A stretch of DNA of 64,000 nucleotides, from contig MCFE01000320.1 of the NCBI GenBank assembly GCA_002104905.1, positions 31,521 to 95,520 of the forward strand, read 5' to 3'. This DNA comes from Basidiobolus meristosporus CBS 931.73 (taxonomy: Eukaryota; Fungi; Basidiobolomycota). The position numbers and the translations under genes are program-made. Under the pieces are notes generated by a model. That model saw only the letters and a program-made list of their open reading frames with translations, was not told the DNA's origin and did not search any database. Below are positions 61,621 through 64,000 of this stretch, one piece after another (positions within the stretch are counted from its first letter, which is position 1; the number at the start of each line of letters is the position of its first letter).

Positions 61621-62349
61621 CTAAGCTAAAGTTAAAGCAGTATCCCAGAGTACACTGGAGTTCAGGTTCATGGGGGAGTGAAGTAGATAAGCTTGAGAGA
61701 TATAATAGTCTTTTAAGAAGTGGGTAACAGCAGGTGAAGGGGAGTTTTTGATAAGTGAAGTGAATCTTGAGAGTAGAGATTCCTCTAATGAGAAGGTCTT
61801 GTAAACTGGAGAATCAGGAAACTCTTTAAAGGCATGTTCAGTAGGTTCCCAATAAAACTGGTCAGAGACATTTTGAGAGAACTGTTTAGCAATACTTTTG
61901 TCAAGTACTACCTCCAGAGTGTGATGGTTGATAAATCTCATGTTAACAATCTTGGATAAATTGTAACCCTGTTGCTTGAGATACATCCCATGCTCAGATA
62001 TAGGAATAAACTCCACATTGGCAAAGTAGCAGACAGCCCAGTCAGTAGCAGGAGACAAATCAGAAGTAGCAGGAAACTTTCTTTTAGTCTTGGGAAGAGC
62101 AGCAGGATGTCTTGAGGAAGCAGGAACAGATTTTTTGACAGCTTCAGAGTAGGAAGATTGAGCAGGAGCAGATGATTCTTGGGGAGTCTTGTTGGCAGGA
62201 AGAGTTGACACAGGGACAATAGATTCTTGCAGATCAGAGAAGGCAGAAAAGAGCTTTTGAACTTGTTTCTTGAGTAAAGCATTTTCAGCTTCAACAAGTG
62301 CAAACCTTTCCTTAAGGAAGGAAATCTGAAGGGAATGCAGTGAAGGCAT
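61621..62349 (-). CDS. 242-aa ORF1-like protein (coiled coil, S/P/K-rich linker, alpha/beta domain)
   Basis: MPSLHSLQISFLKERFALVEAENALLKKQVQKLFSAFSDLQ (heptads), then WAVCYFANV...VNMRFINHHTLEVVLD, an RRM-like strand pattern. The ORF1 identity is inference. Confidence 0.55.
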   Translation of the reverse strand: MPSLHSLQISFLKERFALVEAENALLKKQVQKLFSAFSDLQESIVPVSTLPANKTPQESSAPAQSSYSEAVKKSVPASSRHPAALPKTKRKFPATSDLSPATDWAVCYFANVEFIPISEHGMYLKQQGYNLSKIVNMRFINHHTLEVVLDKSIAKQFSQNVSDQFYWEPTEHAFKEFPDSPVYKTFSLEESLLSRFTSLIKNSPSPAVTHFLKDYYISQAYLLHSPMNLNSSVLWDTALTLA

Positions 62350-62399
62350 AAGAAATGAGAAGAAGAGGGTAGGTTGGGGTGGGTGGGTGGGAGGGAAAA

Positions 62400-62821
62400 T
62401 TAGCAGGGAGAAGAGAAGGAAGGAGCAAAAATTCCAGAAGTCAGAATTTATAGATGGATGGACAAGGGTAGATGGATGGATTATTCCTGGGTTAGGAAGA
62501 TTAGCAGGGAGAAGAGAAGGAAGGAGCAAAAATTCCAGAAGTCAGAATTTATAGATGGATGGACAAGGGTAGATGGATGGATTATTCCTGGGTTAGGAAG
62601 ATTAGCAGGGAGAAGAGAAGGAAGGAGCAAAAATTCCAGAAGTCAGAATTTATAGATGGATGGACAAGGGTAGATGGATGGATTATTCCTGGGTTAGGAA
62701 GATTAGCAGGGAGAAGAGAAGGAAGGAGCAAAAATTCCAGAAGTCAGAATTTATAGATGGATGGACAAGGGTAGATGGATGGATTATTCCTGGGTTAGGA
62801 AGATTAGCAGGGAGAAGAGAA
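62400..62821. repeat. 101-bp tandem repeat, 4 full copies plus 18 nt
   Basis: Units start at 62400, 62501, 62602, 62703 and 62804 and appear identical. Each full unit contains GGGTTAGG. Confidence 0.95.
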
Positions 62822-63104
62822 GGGTTTAGGGTTAGGGGGGAGGAAAGTCACCAAGTGGTGAAATCTTTATTTACTTATGACAAGTATCTAAAGAAGCCAA
62901 GTTAATTTGAAGTTATTCCTAGAAAGCTAGGTCTGAGAGATATCTTCCTGGTAAGCCAGGTCTGAGAGTTGAGAAGCTGAGTGGTACTATAATTCCTAGT
63001 TAGCTAGGTCTGAGAGAGGTTTCCTGGAAAGCCAGGCCTGAGAAGTGAGAATCTGAATATATCTGAGCTAAGTTATACTGGTTTGCGGTAGCTGAATTGT
63101 GGCC
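62822..63104 (-). mobile_element. Unit N1: 5'-truncated non-coding SINE-like element
   Basis: Near-identical to the 3' half of N2. Contains four hairpins and the shared 3' signature. Confidence 0.75.
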
Positions 63105-63650
63105 GGGTTAGGGTTAGGGTTAGGGTTAGGGGGGGAGGAAAGTCACCAAGTGGTGAAATCTTTATTTACTTATGACAAGTATCCAAAGAAGCCATGTTAA
63201 TCTGAAGTAATTCCTAGAAAGCTAGGTCTGAGAGATATCTTCCTGGTAAGCCAGGTCTGAGAGTTGAGAAGCTGAGTGGTACTGTATTTCCTAGTTAGCT
63301 AGGTCTGAGAGAGGTTTCCTGGAAAGCCAGGCCTGAGAAGTGAGAATCTGAGTATATCTGAGGTGAGTTGTACTGATTTGCGGTAGCTTGTTTGTGGCCA
63401 GAATGGCCAGTAGACTGGGGGAACTGAGGGGTATTTCTGGGCGATCACTGGCCAAATTTACTAGGCAAATCTGACCAATTAGCATTTCAAGGATTTCAGC
63501 CAATCAGAGCCTTTACTTTGCCCGATGGTTGATCAAGCCATCTCCCAATGAGCACACATCAATTTATTAATCAAATTTTGCTGGATCCAGGATTTGAACC
63601 CACTACCATGGGTATGGAAGGGTTAGGGATAACCACAAGGCTAAGTGTTC
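63105..63650 (-). mobile_element. Unit N2: apparently full-length tRNA-headed SINE-like element
   Basis: Minus strand A box TAGCCTTGTGG (63633-63643) and B box GGTTCAAATCC (63590-63600), 32 nt apart. The element begins 7 nt before the A box and carries the shared 3' signature. Confidence 0.7.
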
Positions 63651-63652
63651 TT

Positions 63653-63785
63653 GGTTAGGGGGGGAGACAGTCACCAACAGGTGAAATCTTTATTTCAGTT
63701 GAAACAAAGAAGCCAGCGCTACTGTTGTAGCTTTGATACAAGAGTGTGTAGCTTAGGGGAATTTGTAGGTAAGTTAATAAGAAGT
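63653..63785 (-). mobile_element. Unit R2: 3'-terminal ~130 bp of the RT element, capped by telomere
   Basis: Nearly identical to 59692-59824. Confidence 0.88.
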
Positions 63786-64000
63786 GGGTTAGGGTTAGGG
63801 TTAGGGTTAGGGTTAGGGTTAGGGTTAGGGTTAGGGTTAGGGTTAGGGTTAGGGTTAGGGTTAGGGTTAGGGTTAGGGTTAGGGTTAGGGTTAGGGTTAG
63901 GGTTAGGGTTAGGGTTAGGGTTAGGGTTAGGGTTAGGGTTAGGGTTAGGGTTAGGGTTAGGGTTAGGGTTAGGGTTAGGTTAGGGTTAGGGTTAGGGTTA
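63786..64000 (+). repeat. Telomere (TTAGGG)n, about 36 units
   Basis: G-rich strand runs 5'->3' to the window end. One TTAGG variant lies near 63975. Confidence 0.98.

Larger units (their letters stand above)
61492..62821 (-). mobile_element. Unit O2: ORF1-like-only retroelement with 5' tandem monomers
   Basis: ORF 61621-62349, 3' UTR matching O1, and 101-bp repeats at the 5' end. Confidence 0.75.

Noticed and set aside
59692-63200. Hammerhead ribozyme in the shared 3' motif or the hairpin array, as in Penelope-like pLTRs
   Set aside because: No CUGANGA-stem II-GAAA core on either strand (CTGAGAGA does not fit). The RT motifs (LFADD, YLG, PVLEFG) are LINE-type rather than Penelope-type.
62400-63331. 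CRISPR-like array from regularly spaced palindromes or 101-bp repeats
   Set aside because: Eukaryotic subtelomere, the spacers are not unique, and there are no cas genes.
63645-63983. 112-aa ORF ending in (LG)n
   Set aside because: It is a translation of the telomeric repeat.

Overview
This is the right-hand end of a chromosome from an intron-rich fungus. The gene set and intron style suggest an early-diverging lineage such as a Basidiobolus-like zoopagomycete, but that is inference. (1) 1-15.2 kb is a nest of Ty1/Copia LTR retrotransposons, including a very young copy with a GCAAG target-site duplication inside an older copy. (2) 15.3-50.2 kb is a dense gene block: YSA1/NUDT5, a FAM214/Atos protein with an unannotated Atg13-like HORMA N-terminus, two inverted secreted tyrosinases flanking CDC40, NSP1, APL1, SepH/Cdc15 kinase, ARS2, PCS60, VDAC, a PHO80-family cyclin, VPS51 and one hypothetical protein. 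(3) 51-54.4 kb holds two secreted Gly/Asn-rich proteins built from a GAGAYDSGN repeat. (4) 54.5-59.7 kb is CpG-poor subtelomere with a 732-bp foldback MITE and its cognate PHIS-type DDE transposase. (5) 59.7-64 kb is a head-to-tail stack of six co-oriented retroelement units ending in (TTAGGG)n. The units are of three kinds: LINE-type RT, ORF1-only, and tRNA-headed SINE-like. All share one 3' signature (AATAAA, a TCACC/GGTGA stem-loop and an oligo-C tail) and are joined through telomere-like repeats. This apparently trans-acting, telomere-appending retroelement set is the best candidate for an undescribed system. Exon boundaries and alignments were read by eye; no searches were run.
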